33,604 bases of DNA from Chiloscyllium plagiosum. Its lineage: Eukaryota. The stretch's first letter is position 1. Every line of letters begins with the position of its first letter. The notes beneath the pieces are model-generated. The model did not search any database. It had not been told where the DNA came from and was given only the letters and a program-made list of their open reading frames with translations. This document shows, one piece after another, positions 22,572 to 33,604 of this stretch. Both the position numbers and the translations under genes were made by a program. The DNA lies in contig NC_057718.1 in assembly GCF_004010195.1 (NCBI RefSeq), positions 13,170,895 through 13,204,498 of the forward strand, given 5' to 3'.

Positions 22572-22897
22572 GCACAGAATCCATACAGCATGAGAGCAGG
22601 CCATTTGGCCCATCAAATCCACAATGACCCTCCGAAGAGCATCCACCCAAACCCACGCTATCCCCATAACCTCACATTTCCACCTAACCTGCACATCTCT
22701 AGACACTATGGGCAATTTACCAAAGCCCATCTACCTAACCTGCACATTTTTGACTGTGGTTGGAAACCAGAATACCCAGCAGAAACCTACACAAGCACAA
22801 TGAGAATGTGCAAACTGCATACGGACAGTCGCCCATGGATGAAATTGAACCCAGGTTCTAGGTGCTATAAGGCAGCAGTGCTAACCATTGAGCTACC
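22572..22897 (-). mobile_element. HE1-type SINE
   Basis: Reverse complement ggtagctcaatggttagcactgctgcct..gggttcaatttc..gactgtccgtatgcagtttgcacattctc. Confidence 0.85.
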
Positions 22898-23049
22898 GAA
22901 TATAACCTGGCCTCCTCATCAAAGACAGGGTGGTGGTGATCATCAATGACACCCCTTCTTGCAGTATCCTGTGCCTTCCAATGCACTATTATCTCCTCGC
23001 CTTACATGTTGAGTCACCCGCTTCAAAATTATTGTCCAGTCATTATCCC

Positions 23050-23375
23050 AGCATGCTGAACTCCAATCTCCAGGATTGACCTGCTCGCCATGGCAGTGGT
23101 CCTTGACGTTCCTGTTGATCCCGATGCACTAAGTGGTCTTGCAATGAAAGATGTTGGTGAGGCTTAAAGTGCAGTATTGAAGTTGAGAACTGTATAAGTG
23201 TTGGAAATGTGCCATGATGAGATGGTGAAACTGGTGCTTGGCCAATACCAGCATCCGTGATTGGAAGATGAAGGCCATCACTGTCCATGGAGTATAACCT
23301 GACATGTTGCGGACTACTAGGCAAGATGAATACATGAAAATGATGTTGCCAAGTTGTAGCCACCAGGTATCCACC
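23050..23375 (-). mobile_element. Possible very decayed PIF/Harbinger transposase C-terminal remnant
   Basis: Fragments HVFIL, GYTPWTVM and MAHFQHLYSSQLQY loosely echo HD.FIL, GYP..WLM and K.RFRCL...LQY in the expected order; weak. Confidence 0.25.
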
Positions 23376-23670
23376 TCTAACTTTTCACATCAGGAATAGT
23401 TGCTGTCTATTTTCTCATCCCCTGCCTCGGAAAATAGCAACCCGCAGATAAATTAGGTGAGATTAGGTTATAATGGAACACTAATTCATGCGAACCAACC
23501 CCTCAACGCTCATTTGTGAAACGTTTACCTCACTGTTGAATTGTTATGTGCAAAATCGGACTTTTATTTCTGCAACATCAAGAATCTAACTTTTTCATTT
23601 TTCACTCGACTTTTGCAATTGTCCTGTTTTTGCCCAAATCGTTCAGGGGCTGGGAAAATGTAGACTTTCT

Positions 23671-26087
23671 GGATGTAGGTTTGCTCACTGAGTTGGGAGG
23701 TTCATTTCCAGATGTTTTGTCACCCTACTAGGTAACATCCTCAGTAGGCCTCAGGCAAAGCAGTATACGTGATTCCTGCTTTCTATTTATATGTTTGGGT
23801 TTCTTTGGGTTGGTGATATTACTTCCTGTGGTGATGTCATTTCCTGTTCTTTTTCTCAGGGGGTGGTAGATGGGGTCTATCTCGATGTGTTTGTTGATAG
23901 AGTTCTGGTTGGAATGCCATGCTTCTAGGAATTCTTGTGCGTGTCTCTGTTTGGCTTGTCCTAGGATGGATGTGTTGTCCCAGTCGAAGTGATATCCTTC
24001 CTTATCTGTATGTAAGGATACCAGGATATCTGACCGACCCTTAACAGACACTGAAAAAGCTGTCTTAGTAAGAGGATTAAATTACAACTGCCAGGATGCG
24101 GACAAGAAAGATTCCTTAGCAGCATTAGAAACAACACTAAAAGACAACCAACTCACAGAAGAAACCCAGCAAGCCATCAGACAGATAGTCGCACCAACAT
24201 TAAGCAGAAAAAAGGAAAGAAACACACTCAGTACACAAGAAAGGAAAGCACTGGAAAGACTAAAAAAAGATAAAAACATTGTTATCCTACCTGCAGACAA
24301 AGGATGCTTGACAGTAATTCTAAATCGAAGAGATGACATTGAAAAAGCAAATGCACTACTTACAGATTCTAACACTTACCAACAAGTGGCGATAGACCCA
24401 ACCCCACAACTTGAGAACCAAATGACAACCTTACTCAATATATTTTAGAAATCTGGAGAAATAAATAAGACCAACTTCCAAAACATGAAACCAGACGGAT
24501 CCAACACACCACGCTTATACGGATTACCCAAAATTCACAAACCAGGAGCCCCCCTCAGACCCATAGTCTCACTACATGGAACATCAACTTACAGATTAGC
24601 CAAGGAGCTACACCAAAGAGTAAAATACTTAGTAGAAGACTCACGCCACTCCATCCACTCCACCCAAGAATTCCTGAAGATCATCAAAGACACTAAGATA
24701 GAAGAGGATGAAATAATGGTCTCCTTTGATGTAACAGCTCTGTTTACATCAATCAACATTAACCAGGCTAAGGAAACACAGCCTATACTATTAGAAGACC
24801 CAAAGACACATATTCCAAACACCACTAACTTCATCAACAAGGACAGTATCGTCAAATTACTGGACCTATGCCTTACCACACACTTCAACTTCAACAACAA
24901 AACCTACAGACAAACCAAGAGAACACCAATGGGTTTTCCGATATCAGGGTTCTTAGCAGAGGCAGTAACAAACAGCTCTGCCAACCATCCAACCCAAACT
25001 TTGGGTCCACTACGTGGATGACACCTTTGTCATCACTAAACGAAGCAAATTGGAGGAAACCTTCAAGACCATCAGTAATACCCTTATTAGCTTAAAATTC
25101 ACTAAAGAGGAGGGAAACAACAACAAACTGCCATTCCTAGATGTCACAGTAGAGCGAACAGCCAACGGGCAACTTCAAACCAGCGTCTACAGGAAAACAA
25201 CATACACGGACCAATATTGAACTACAGAAGCAATCATCCCAACATCCACAAATGAAGCTGCATCAGAACATTATTTCAATGAGCCAACACACACTGTAGC
25301 ACAGAGGAAGTATGCAGAGCAGAGGAAAATCACCTATACCGTGTATTCAAAAAGAATGGGTACCCAATGAACACAGTTCACCGATTTCTCAGCAACAAAC
25401 CCCAACAAGCAGACAAACCACATCCAGAAACCCTAGCCACTCTCCCCTACATCAAAGACATCTCGGAAATGACTGTCAGACTACTCAGACCCCTTGGCAT
25501 CATGGTAGCCCACAAACCCACCAACACACTAAAACAGCAGGTAATGAACTTGAAAGACCCTATACAGACAACAAGCAAAACTAATGTCATTTACAAAATA
25601 ACATGCGAAAACTGTGACAAACACCACATTAGACAAACAGGCAGAAAACTAGCCACCAGGATACATGAACACCAACTAGTCAAAAAACAACATGACCCTC
25701 TCTCAATGGTATCCTTACATACAGATAAGGAAGGACACCACTTTGACTGGGACAACACATCCATCCTAGGACAAGCCAAACAGAGACACACACGAGAATT
25801 CCTAGAAGCAAGGCATTCCAACCAGAACTCTATCAACAAACACATCGAGTTAGACCCCATCTACCACCCCCTGAGAAAAAGAACAGGAAATGACATCACC
25901 ACAGGAATTACATCACCAACCCAAAGAAACCCAAACATATAAATAGAAAGCAGGAATCACGGACACTACTTCGCCTGAGGCCCACTGAAGATGTTACCTA
26001 GTAGGGTGATGAAATGTCTGGAAATGAACCTTCCATCTCAGGGAGCAAACCTACATCCAGAGCTACAAATCTTCTCAAAACTCGCTT
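23671..26087 (+). mobile_element. Penelope-like retroelement (family B), RT plus GIY-YIG endonuclease, disrupted, with an inverted pLTR at its 5' end
   Basis: PRLYGLPKIHKPGAPLRPIVS, VSFDVTALFT, PMG.PISG, YVDDTF, LPFLDV, NVIYKITCENCDKHHIRQTGRKLATRIHEH; frameshift and TGA stops; 23669-24023 is an inverted copy of 25707-26060; target duplication aatgtagac(t/c)ttct at 23657-23670 and 26088-26101. Confidence 0.95.
25982..26021 (+). ncRNA. Minimal type-I hammerhead ribozyme motif in a pLTR (CpG-decayed)
   Basis: CCA-CTGAAGA-T-GTTACC-tagtag-GGTGAT-GAAA-TG-TC-TGG: stem I CCA/TGG, stem II GTTACC/GGTGAT, both core boxes present. Confidence 0.7.
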
Positions 26088-26143
26088 AATGTAGACCTTC
26101 TTGGTCAATCCAGGCTATTCTGTCTTTTTATCTTTTTGTTCAG

Positions 26144-26200
26144 TAGAGAAGGCAGTGTTTTGGTATGGACAATCCCCCCCCAAATGTTTTCTCAGAAATA
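26144..26200 (+). CDS. Candidate 57-nt exon (S)REGSVLVWTIPPQMFSQK(Y) of the plus-strand gene
   Basis: Very strong acceptor tgtctttttatctttttgttcag|, donor |gtaagg, phase 2 to phase 2, in frame with 21846-22066. Confidence 0.45.
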
Positions 26201-27590
26201 GTAAGGATCCACTGAAATGGTTAGATTTTTGATTCTATTCTACATCATTCCTGACCCCCATCTAATAAATTCACGCCCCAATTCCTGCAAAGACATTCGG
26301 AGAAATGTATTTAGTTTTAACCAACTAATACCAATGTACAACAAACTTACATCTCCAAAACACTCTCAATGTCCCAAGGAGGAAAAATTAAAATTCAGTA
26401 AAGTGTGGGGGGAATTGGACAGAAGATTAAATATGTTACCAAATAGGTAAATTTTCAGGAATCACTTTAAGGCAGGAAGATTTTTAAAAAGTGGAAAGGA
26501 TTGTGGAAAAATTTCCAAGGATACAGCCCTCGATAAATTAAAGGTTTGTTACTAACAGAATGATGGCAGTCATGTGTGGTGTAAGAAGATACAATAAGAG
26601 TTATCGTGAAGGTTTTGGGATATAGCACAAAGGTGCAGTTTCAGGGGTAGGATGGGATAGGAATATAAAGAAATATGTAAAGAAGCAGAAAAAATTTGAA
26701 CTTTATAACTTGTACTTTATGTGCATAGTAGAACTTCTTTCATAGAAAGGATGACAATGAACATAAAATATGACGCTGACATTTAAAACTAAACAAGTAC
26801 ACAAATAACAGGAGTTCAATTATATTATATAACCATCATATAATTCCCCTAGTAAACATTTCTAAAGTGGCACAAGTCTACATAAAACATTACCTAATTA
26901 TTTAAGATGTAAATAAACAAGATACATTTGTATAATTAATCTTCACAGTGGTCAATCATAATACTGTAATGTTTCATATAATATAAAATGATTGTTCTTC
27001 GGCATTTTAAAACAACCCTTAGAAAAGAACATACATCCTTCACTGCTTTTGAATAAGTAAAAGATTGATATAAAATAAACAATGTTAATCTTATATTTTG
27101 TGAAAAACTTATGTTACATGCTTGAAGACAATATAAATAATTCGGTATGCAACAACATAAGTAATAAATTCCTCAGTTAAATACTGACAGAGGGACATTG
27201 AAGGAGGGAAACAACAAGAAGAGAAAGGAAAAAAGGTTCATGTAAGAGCTGGTAGAGTTTTAATTTTTTTAAAATGACCTGCTGAAAAAAATAAAAATTA
27301 TTATCCAACCTTTTAAAGTTCTGAATCCTTCAAATGTTCTATTATTGATGTAGTTTCATTAAATTATGGCTGCAGTCTTGTTAAGAAAATGGAATGCAGA
27401 ATCTGAAACCACAACACCAAACTGTGATGTGAGATTAACTTACAAGATTTGGAGGGAAGCATTTCCTTTGGAAATCTGGCCTTGTTTATAGGTAGCAGAA
27501 CAATAATATAGCATATAGAAAAGATTCATTTGTGCTTTGTAAATTTTAGCCACAGCTTTGCTTTAGCTGTTTTACTTGTTATTTCTGCAG

Positions 27591-27657
27591 TACTCTTGGA
27601 GCATGTTCTATGTTCAGACACGCTATATTGTCACAATCATTCACATCTGAAAATTGA
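27591..27657 (+). CDS. Possible terminal coding exon (Y)TLGACSMFRHAILSQSFTSEN* of the plus-strand gene
   Basis: Acceptor ttttacttgttatttctgcag|, phase-compatible; an alternative end exon at 29324, (Y)GLYCNINNAIA*, fits equally well. Confidence 0.25.
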
Positions 27658-27759
27658 TCAGTCCTGCAGGTCACATTATGTACAGCAAAGCAGTTGGGTT
27701 AGCCTATCTCCTCCTGTTATGATATAGACAAAGATCAGCCCCACCTCCACATTAATAAT

Positions 27760-29110
27760 ATTAGAAATTAAAACAACAGATAGACAGTAGCAGATCCAGA
27801 CAGGAAATAGAACAGTGTTCAATTGATTGATTTACAAAGGTTGGTTCTTGCCTGCTTAATTGGAGTTTGAAAAAATCTAGACATACAAAAGGGTAAAAGG
27901 AGATGAGGTGTTTGCAAAATTTAATTTCTAAAAATAATTGACAAGGCCTCCAGAGGATATTTGTTAGGAAAACTACAGCACATGAAATTAAGTGGATTGT
28001 CATCACATTTGTAGAAAGCCTTGTAACAGAATACGAAATAATGATAAATGGATATTTCTCTAGATTGGCTACTGGATTATGGTTCTGCCTCAGAGATCAC
28101 TAGAAAAATAAAGTTGAAGCTTGTTGGTAATATCTTGGGAAATAGTAAATTTTGGAAAATCACAAGCAGGCACTGATAGGTTTGTGAAGTTAGAGAATAG
28201 GCATAAGTTACTCAAAACAGAGAATGCAGAAGAAATAATTTGGGGGACAAAACACAAAATATAGCCTAAAGATTAAATTCTTTACAAGCTGTCCTGTAGT
28301 TCAACTTGAAAGATGGAAACAATGGGAAAGGATAATAAAATGTCAAATGTAGCTTTGTGTCACAGATGTATTGACTGCAAAGCAAGGAAGTGATGTTGAG
28401 ATTTTAAAAGATTTGGTTAGGTGATGCCTTGCACTTACATAGCACTGTGACATATTCCAAGATATTCCAAAGGTGTTTCACCACTGATGAGATTACTTTT
28501 TAACAGTTCTACCTGCTATACAGCCATCACAGAAGTCTATTTCCACCTAGTAAAGTCCCATTAACAGAATGGTCAAACGACCTTTTTTTGATAATGTTAA
28601 TTAAGTCTGCCAGGCCACAATCTGTACTCTGATTAGTTGTAGGCACCAAATTAGAAAAAATATTGAAGCCAAAGAAATAGTGAACATTAACGAGGACATG
28701 ACTACAGATAATTAGGCATTGATTTTAAGGAAGGTTCAACAAATGGGCTTTTTCACAATAGCAACAAAGATTGAGGTCTGAGAGGATTTATAAAATTTGG
28801 AAAGTTTTGATGTGGTAAAAGATGATTTTTGTTTTTTGTAAAAAGTGAACAAGTAACAAGAGGGCAAAAATACAAGATCACTAGAAGATAGAAGGCAGAT
28901 TTCTTACAAAAGAGTGATTAGAAAATGGAATCTTTTGCTGAAAGTGACTTGACAACAGAGCTTATGCCATCATTTTGATCAAAGCTGAATAAATACTTAA
29001 ATCATAAAAAGAAATATGCAAAAAAGGAGAAATAAACTGACTTGGAGTAAGTTCAGTTTGAAAAACAGATGCAGTGGGCAGAAAGGGTCACCTTCCGTGT
29101 TCTAACTTTG
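27760..29110 (+). mobile_element. Highly decayed CR1 fragments with other repeat debris
   Basis: caaaggttggttcttgcctgcttaat..gagttt, attgacaagg, aagcaaggaagtgatgttgag, aagagggcaaaaatacaagat, gagtgattagaaaatggaat. Confidence 0.45.
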
Positions 29111-29803
29111 ATAATTTTGTGGAGCAAAAATTATCAAAGTGTGACAACCAGAAAAACTTGTGAATAGAATGAGAAAGAAAACAGATACAGAATTTATTCT
29201 ATCTTCTTCCCATTTCCTGAAGGTACTTGTTCTTTTGGAAGTAGAATTCCATTTTCTGCAAATATACAACATTTTCATGTCATAGTCTGGAATTGCTAAT
29301 TTTCTATTCAATTCTTATTTCAGTGGATTGTACTGTAACATAAACAATGCTATTGCATAATATTCCAAAATTGATATAAGGCACACATGAGCATAATAGG
29401 ATACATTTCACTGTAGTACAACATTATTCTTTTGTTACCATGTTCAGTGCATTTTTGAATTCCATTTACACACAGTATTACTGAGAAATAATTTTCTATT
29501 CTGTTTTTATGTGAATGATTCTAACACATCCTCAAACCACCTGGTCCAATTTAATGCAAGCTTCCTGCCATTTCTATTACTGTATCAATACAAAACAGAT
29601 TAAATAGAATATGGGTAGAAATGTGAAGAGGACAAATAAAATCTTGATTTTGGCCCTCTCTTGGTTTTACTCTATATCTGGCGATTGGAGGTGTACAATG
29701 GTAAATGATGACTGGACCAATTTCCAATTTTTCTTTCTTTGTTATTGGAAGCATCATACAATTGCTTAACGTCTCCTAGTGATAGCACGGTAAAAATTGG
29801 GAG

Positions 29804-29809
29804 TTTATT
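29804..29809 (-). terminator. Candidate polyadenylation signal (AATAAA) for FRMD1
   Basis: tttatt on the plus strand ~800 nt past the stop codon; other AATAAA sites exist nearby. Confidence 0.3.
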
Positions 29810-30604
29810 ATTAATTGGTTCATTGCAGCATTAATCATTCTGCTGCTACTGAAGGCACACTTTTCTTTAAATGATCAAAATAATCATTCATTTATATTTA
29901 TTTGTACAGTTGAAACACCTTCCTCTAATCATAGTAGTGTTCAGAAAGTAATTCTGAAGTGTGTATTCTTGTTAGATCATTTGTATTGCTGTTCCTTGTT
30001 GTTGTGGGTTATTATAAATTAACTTTCAAGTTGGCTAAGCATGACTCCTTTAGGTGCACCTCCCATCAAATCTGTTGCTGGGAAGTCCAAGTAACACTGA
30101 ACAAAAGTGACAATGAATGCAATTTACTCCAGTGTTCAATTATACCCAACCCATTATATTGAATGCCTCACAAGACAAACGCTTTTTTCATCTGGACAAA
30201 TACAGAATTGGTCTGCAGGCCAGTGTTGACATAAACTCTCTGGTACTGAAATAGGAATGACTAAGAGTTTTCCCACTTGTTTTCTATGTATTAAATAAAA
30301 CCCTTTGCAAAATTACAACAGTAAGTCCGAGAATTACTCAGACAACTGCTGTTAGCTTAACGTGACACGTCTTCAGTTAGGATTGCAAGGAGGAGTGAGG
30401 CATAGAATATTCCACTAAATCACTTACAGAAATTACTGTTGGGCTCAATATTTTTGAGTCTTACTGACTGTGAAGGTCCATTACAGGACATCTTCACATT
30501 CTTTTACATAATGCAATTTCCTTAAATTATTATTTAATACTCAAAAGTAGGTCAGTCCAGGGCTTGGCGAGTTAACAAATTTATCACAATGACATTACCA
30601 TTAA

Positions 30605-30886
30605 TTATACTACAAATTCCAGCAGTTGTTCTTCTCCAAGAAGATCCAGAGATAGACAGTTCATTGAACGTTTGCCATAAAAGGTGGACTTAGTTTTACA
30701 GTCTGCTGTGGAGTAAGTGTAGCAAAATTGGCTATCTTTGTCTTCATTGATGCAACCAAACGTGTAGCTCTGAGAGCTGTCTGAAGATAACGTAGAGCCT
30801 AAAGGTAGTTGCTGTTGGTACAATCGCACATCATCCAAACTCTGACTATGGCGATCAGTTGAGCTTCTAGGTTTAGATCGAGAAGC
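30605..30886 (-). CDS. FRMD1: FERM domain-containing protein 1 (FRMD1/FRMD6 family), last coding exon
   Basis: ASRSKPRSSTDRHSQSLDDVRLYQ...SQSYTFGC...KRSMNCLSLDLLGEEQLLEFVV*; the EFVV terminus and SLDD.RL are family hallmarks; KRS.NCL.LDL.GE favours FRMD1 over FRMD6; acceptor cttcactattacag|, phase 0. Confidence 0.88.
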   Translation of the reverse strand, partial: ASRSKPRSSTDRHSQSLDDVRLYQQQLPLGSTLSSDSSQSYTFGCINEDKDSQFCYTYSTADCKTKSTFYGKRSMNCLSLDLLGEEQLLEFVV

Positions 30887-30943
30887 CTGTAATAGTGAAG
30901 ACATGTTTATTCATTTCGCTTTTCTAAGTTCTAAAAGATTAAG

Positions 30944-31366
30944 CTGGAGTTCAGTTCTTTGCACTCACACATTAAACCAGTAATTGTCAAATATTTATAT
31001 TAAAAAGGTGCTCTGTCATCAATTATTTGGTCAGTAGAAAATGAAAAAGTATTTGCACTTTATCTAGAAGAAACTTTTAATCTTTATTTACTTCCATGTA
31101 GATTCATAACACTTGTTATTACCCAAACTGTTTTCACATTGCTGTTACAAATGGCTTAACAGCAAGTTTCAAACATACCACAGCAGTGGGTTCATCAATA
31201 ATATTACAGGAGACCTCAAATTATTGGTCTGCTAATCTACATTATAAACATGGGTACTTTTTTATCATTATCCGCTTCTGGCCAATTACTTGATAGAGCA
31301 CCTTTTCAATATCACACTTAGACAATTACTGGCTTAATATGTGAATGCAAAGAACACGAACTCTAG
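30944..31366. repeat. Imperfect ~90-bp inverted repeat within the last FRMD1 intron
   Basis: 30944-31034 (ctggagttcagttctttgcactcacacattaaaccagtaattgtc...aaaaggtgctctgtca) versus the reverse complement of 31278-31366 (ctagagttcgtgttctttgcattcacatattaagccagtaattgtc...gaaaaggtgctctatca). Confidence 0.85.
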
Positions 31367-31401
31367 TTTCTTAACAAGGAAGCAAAACTGAAATATCATA
31401 C

Positions 31402-31481
31402 CTGTGAAAGCGAGTCTACACTTTGTCCTCGAAGTTTTACTGAAGGGTCACACAAACTCACAGCGGTACCAATGCTAATAT
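31402..31481 (-). CDS. FRMD1: FRMD1 penultimate coding exon (D)ISIGTAVSLCDPSVKLRGQSVDSLSQ
   Basis: gtttcactttatag| acceptor, CAG|gtatga donor, 80 nt, phase 1 to phase 0; VKLRGQS.DSL.Q matches the FRMD6-family motif preceding the last exon. Confidence 0.88.
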
Positions 31482-31849
31482 CTATAAAGTGAAACAAACT
31501 CTTAATTCATTGCTAAAAGAACACTTAAAAATTATCTAATTTTATTAAGATATTTTCAATATCAGCTTTTTAAGGTTCTTTCACCAAAAACTCAATCATT
31601 TCTGTAAGCAGGTGAGATCTTGATTATTTCACTTTCTGGGATTCCGTTTGTTTATAATTAGGCTTTTTGGTCTATATTAGCTGGATAAATCTATTTACAT
31701 TGTCGAATGGGATAGCAGACCTTTTGGGGTTTTGGGGTTTGTATTCCACAAGCCACGAATCAGTGAGTTTGGCTCAGGCCATCACTATGGAACACTGTGA
31801 CACAATTCACAGAAGAGATCAATTAAAAACTTTAACAGCCCATCATGTA

Positions 31850-32600
31850 CCAGCAGCTTTATCCAGCCAGCACCTTTAGCCTCTTAAAATATCTCAAAGT
31901 GTTTCACAGAAGTGTAATCAAATAACATTTCACATTAGGATGATAATCAAACTCCTGATCAAACAGATAGGTTTTAAGGAGAATCTTAAATAAGAAAAAA
32001 AAGAGATAAAGATGCAGAGAAGTTTAGGGACAAAATTCCAGAGCTTTGAAAGTTGTCAGCTGAAGGCATGCAAGTCGACCGTGCAGTGATTAAAATACCA
32101 GATGCTCGAAAGGCCAGAACTGACTAGAAATCTGAGGTGCTCAAAGATGCGACAATTGGTTAAAACATGGATGGAGGAGATTGTAGAGAAAGGAGGAGTA
32201 TTGTCTTGGCAGATTTGAAAAAAAAGGATATGAAAGTTAAGATCTAGAATATGCTTAACAGGTGATAACACTCTGGTGAAGTACCCTTAGATGTTTTAAT
32301 ATGTTAAAGGTGCTGGCTGGATGTTGTTGGTACATACTCAGCTGTTAAGATTTTCAATTAATCTCTTCTGTGAATTGTAAGAAAGAGTTCCAAGTGACAG
32401 CTTGTACTCGATTTGTGGTTTGTGGAATGCAGTCCCCAAAATCAAAATAGACTTAGCCAATGCAAGCCAGTGAGCAAGGAAGTAATGAGTAAGGAAGTTA
32501 GGGTACAGGCAACAAAGCTTTAGTGACATTCAGATTTAGAGAGTGGGATGTAAGAGGTTGGCCAGAAGGGTGTTGGTATTGTTAATTCTAGACGTAAGAA
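31850..32600 (-). mobile_element. L2-like LINE 3' fragments
   Basis: gtgtttcacag, ataggttttaaggagaatcttaaa, tttagggacaaaattccagagctt motifs shared with 12770-13330. Confidence 0.5.
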
Positions 32601-33197
32601 AACAATATCAAAAGTACTGACTAGCACACAATTTACTCATAACATTTGTAGCTAATTTTAACTTTAAATAAAAACCATCAATTTATGTATTTTATAGTAA
32701 GAATTAGACCTTTCTGTTTGGTTATTTACTTTGAAACTATTCACCACACACTCCATTCCCTAGGTACCAAGTCCATCTCTTTTTGTCTTACTTTCTCAGC
32801 CTGCTTACAAAATTGTGTCATGTTTAATCTTTAGCTCAATTGCCAATCCCTTCACCATAAAAACGATATTATTCCATTTCCATAATTTCTTCAGTATCCT
32901 CCCACAATGCAGTCCATCCGTTGATGGATATCTTCATCCATACTCCTGTTACCTCCAGACTGACTATCCCAAGGTTGTAATGATGCTGCTCCTTTAACAA
33001 GGTTATATTGTCCTTAGCTTTTTTTCAGAAAGGTCATAAAAGCAGCAATTCTGAAAAGTCTGGGTTTGAAGTGTTTTAGGAACAATTTGATTATAGCTAA
33101 GATAGTGCCTCAGGGGAAAAAAAAGTTTAAAAAAAAATTATCCAATGAAAGGGGAGCGGCCAGTTCTCCCAGCTCAGCTTTTCTTCGATTTGCTGTG

Positions 33198-33604
33198 GTT
33201 CTGTTCGCCGAGCTGGAAGTTTTTGTTGCAAACGTTTCGTCCCCTGTCTAGGTGACATCCTCAGTGCTTGGGAGCCTCCTGTGAAGCGCTTCTGTGGTGT
33301 TTCCTCCAGCATTTATAGTGGCCTGTCCCTGCCAACCACACAAACCAACAGCCACACTCAGACAACAACTCACCAGAACGAAGGACCCGATACCCAACAT
33401 GAGCAAAACTAATGTAGTGTACAAAATCCCATGCAAGGACTGCAAAAAACACTATATAGGACAAACAGGAAGACAGCTAACAATCCGCATCCACGAACAT
33501 CAACTAGCCACGAAACGACACAACCAGCTATCCTTAGTAGCCACACACACAGACAACAAGCAATATGAATTCGACTGGGACAACACTACCATTATAAGGC
33601 AAGC
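33198..33604 (+). mobile_element. Penelope-like element (family C): inverted pLTR 33198-33333, then GIY-YIG coding region running off the window
   Basis: Open frame HKPTATLRQQLTRTKDPIPNMSKTNVVYKIPCKDCKKHYIGQTGRQLTIRIHEHQLA...FDWDNT. Confidence 0.92.
33228..33267 (-). ncRNA. Minimal type-I hammerhead ribozyme motif, core intact
   Basis: Reverse complement GCA-CTGAGGA-T-GTCACC-tagaca-GGGGAC-GAAA-CG-TT-TGC: stem I GCA/TGC, stem II with one mismatch, palindromic AACGTT in place of stem III, GUU cleavage triplet. Confidence 0.75.

Noticed and set aside
22443..22949. 168-aa ORF
   Set aside because: Mostly the antisense strand of an HE1 SINE.
24082..25860. Minus-strand ORFs 24082-24375, 24589-24900 and 25591-25860
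   Set aside because: Antisense shadows of the A/C-rich Penelope ORF.
32957..32995. Further FRMD1 exon (ttaaag|...GAG|gtaaca on the minus strand)
   Set aside because: No similarity to FRMD1/FRMD6, and the context looks like repeat debris.
1..33604. CRISPR array, rRNA or prokaryotic defence system
   Set aside because: No regularly spaced repeats, rRNA or operon structure; the sequence is vertebrate.

Overview
Eukaryotic, repeat-rich vertebrate DNA. HE1-type SINEs, CR1, L2, L1, Rex1/Babar and Penelope-like elements point to an elasmobranch (shark) genome; the species cannot be fixed from sequence alone. The one clearly recognisable host gene is a FRMD1/FRMD6-family gene on the minus strand: its last two coding exons lie at 31402-31481 and 30605-30886, ending ...NCLSLDLLGEEQLLEFVV*, best match FRMD1. 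The 515-bp intron between them holds a ~90-bp inverted repeat. A CpG-rich promoter at ~19250-19700 (E2F, CCAAT and CDE/CHR-like motifs) appears bidirectional. By hand I can assemble two unrecognised, phase-consistent spliced ORFs diverging from it, each starting with a signal-peptide-like segment: a 68-aa minus-strand peptide and a ~115-aa plus-strand protein. Both are hypotheses. The remainder is nested transposon debris. It includes six Penelope-like insertions from three families carrying whole or partial minimal hammerhead-ribozyme motifs; two are ~200-bp fold-back mini-elements with 13-14-bp target duplications. Repeat boundaries are approximate and read by eye, and repeat-family and protein assignments come from remembered motifs, not database searches.
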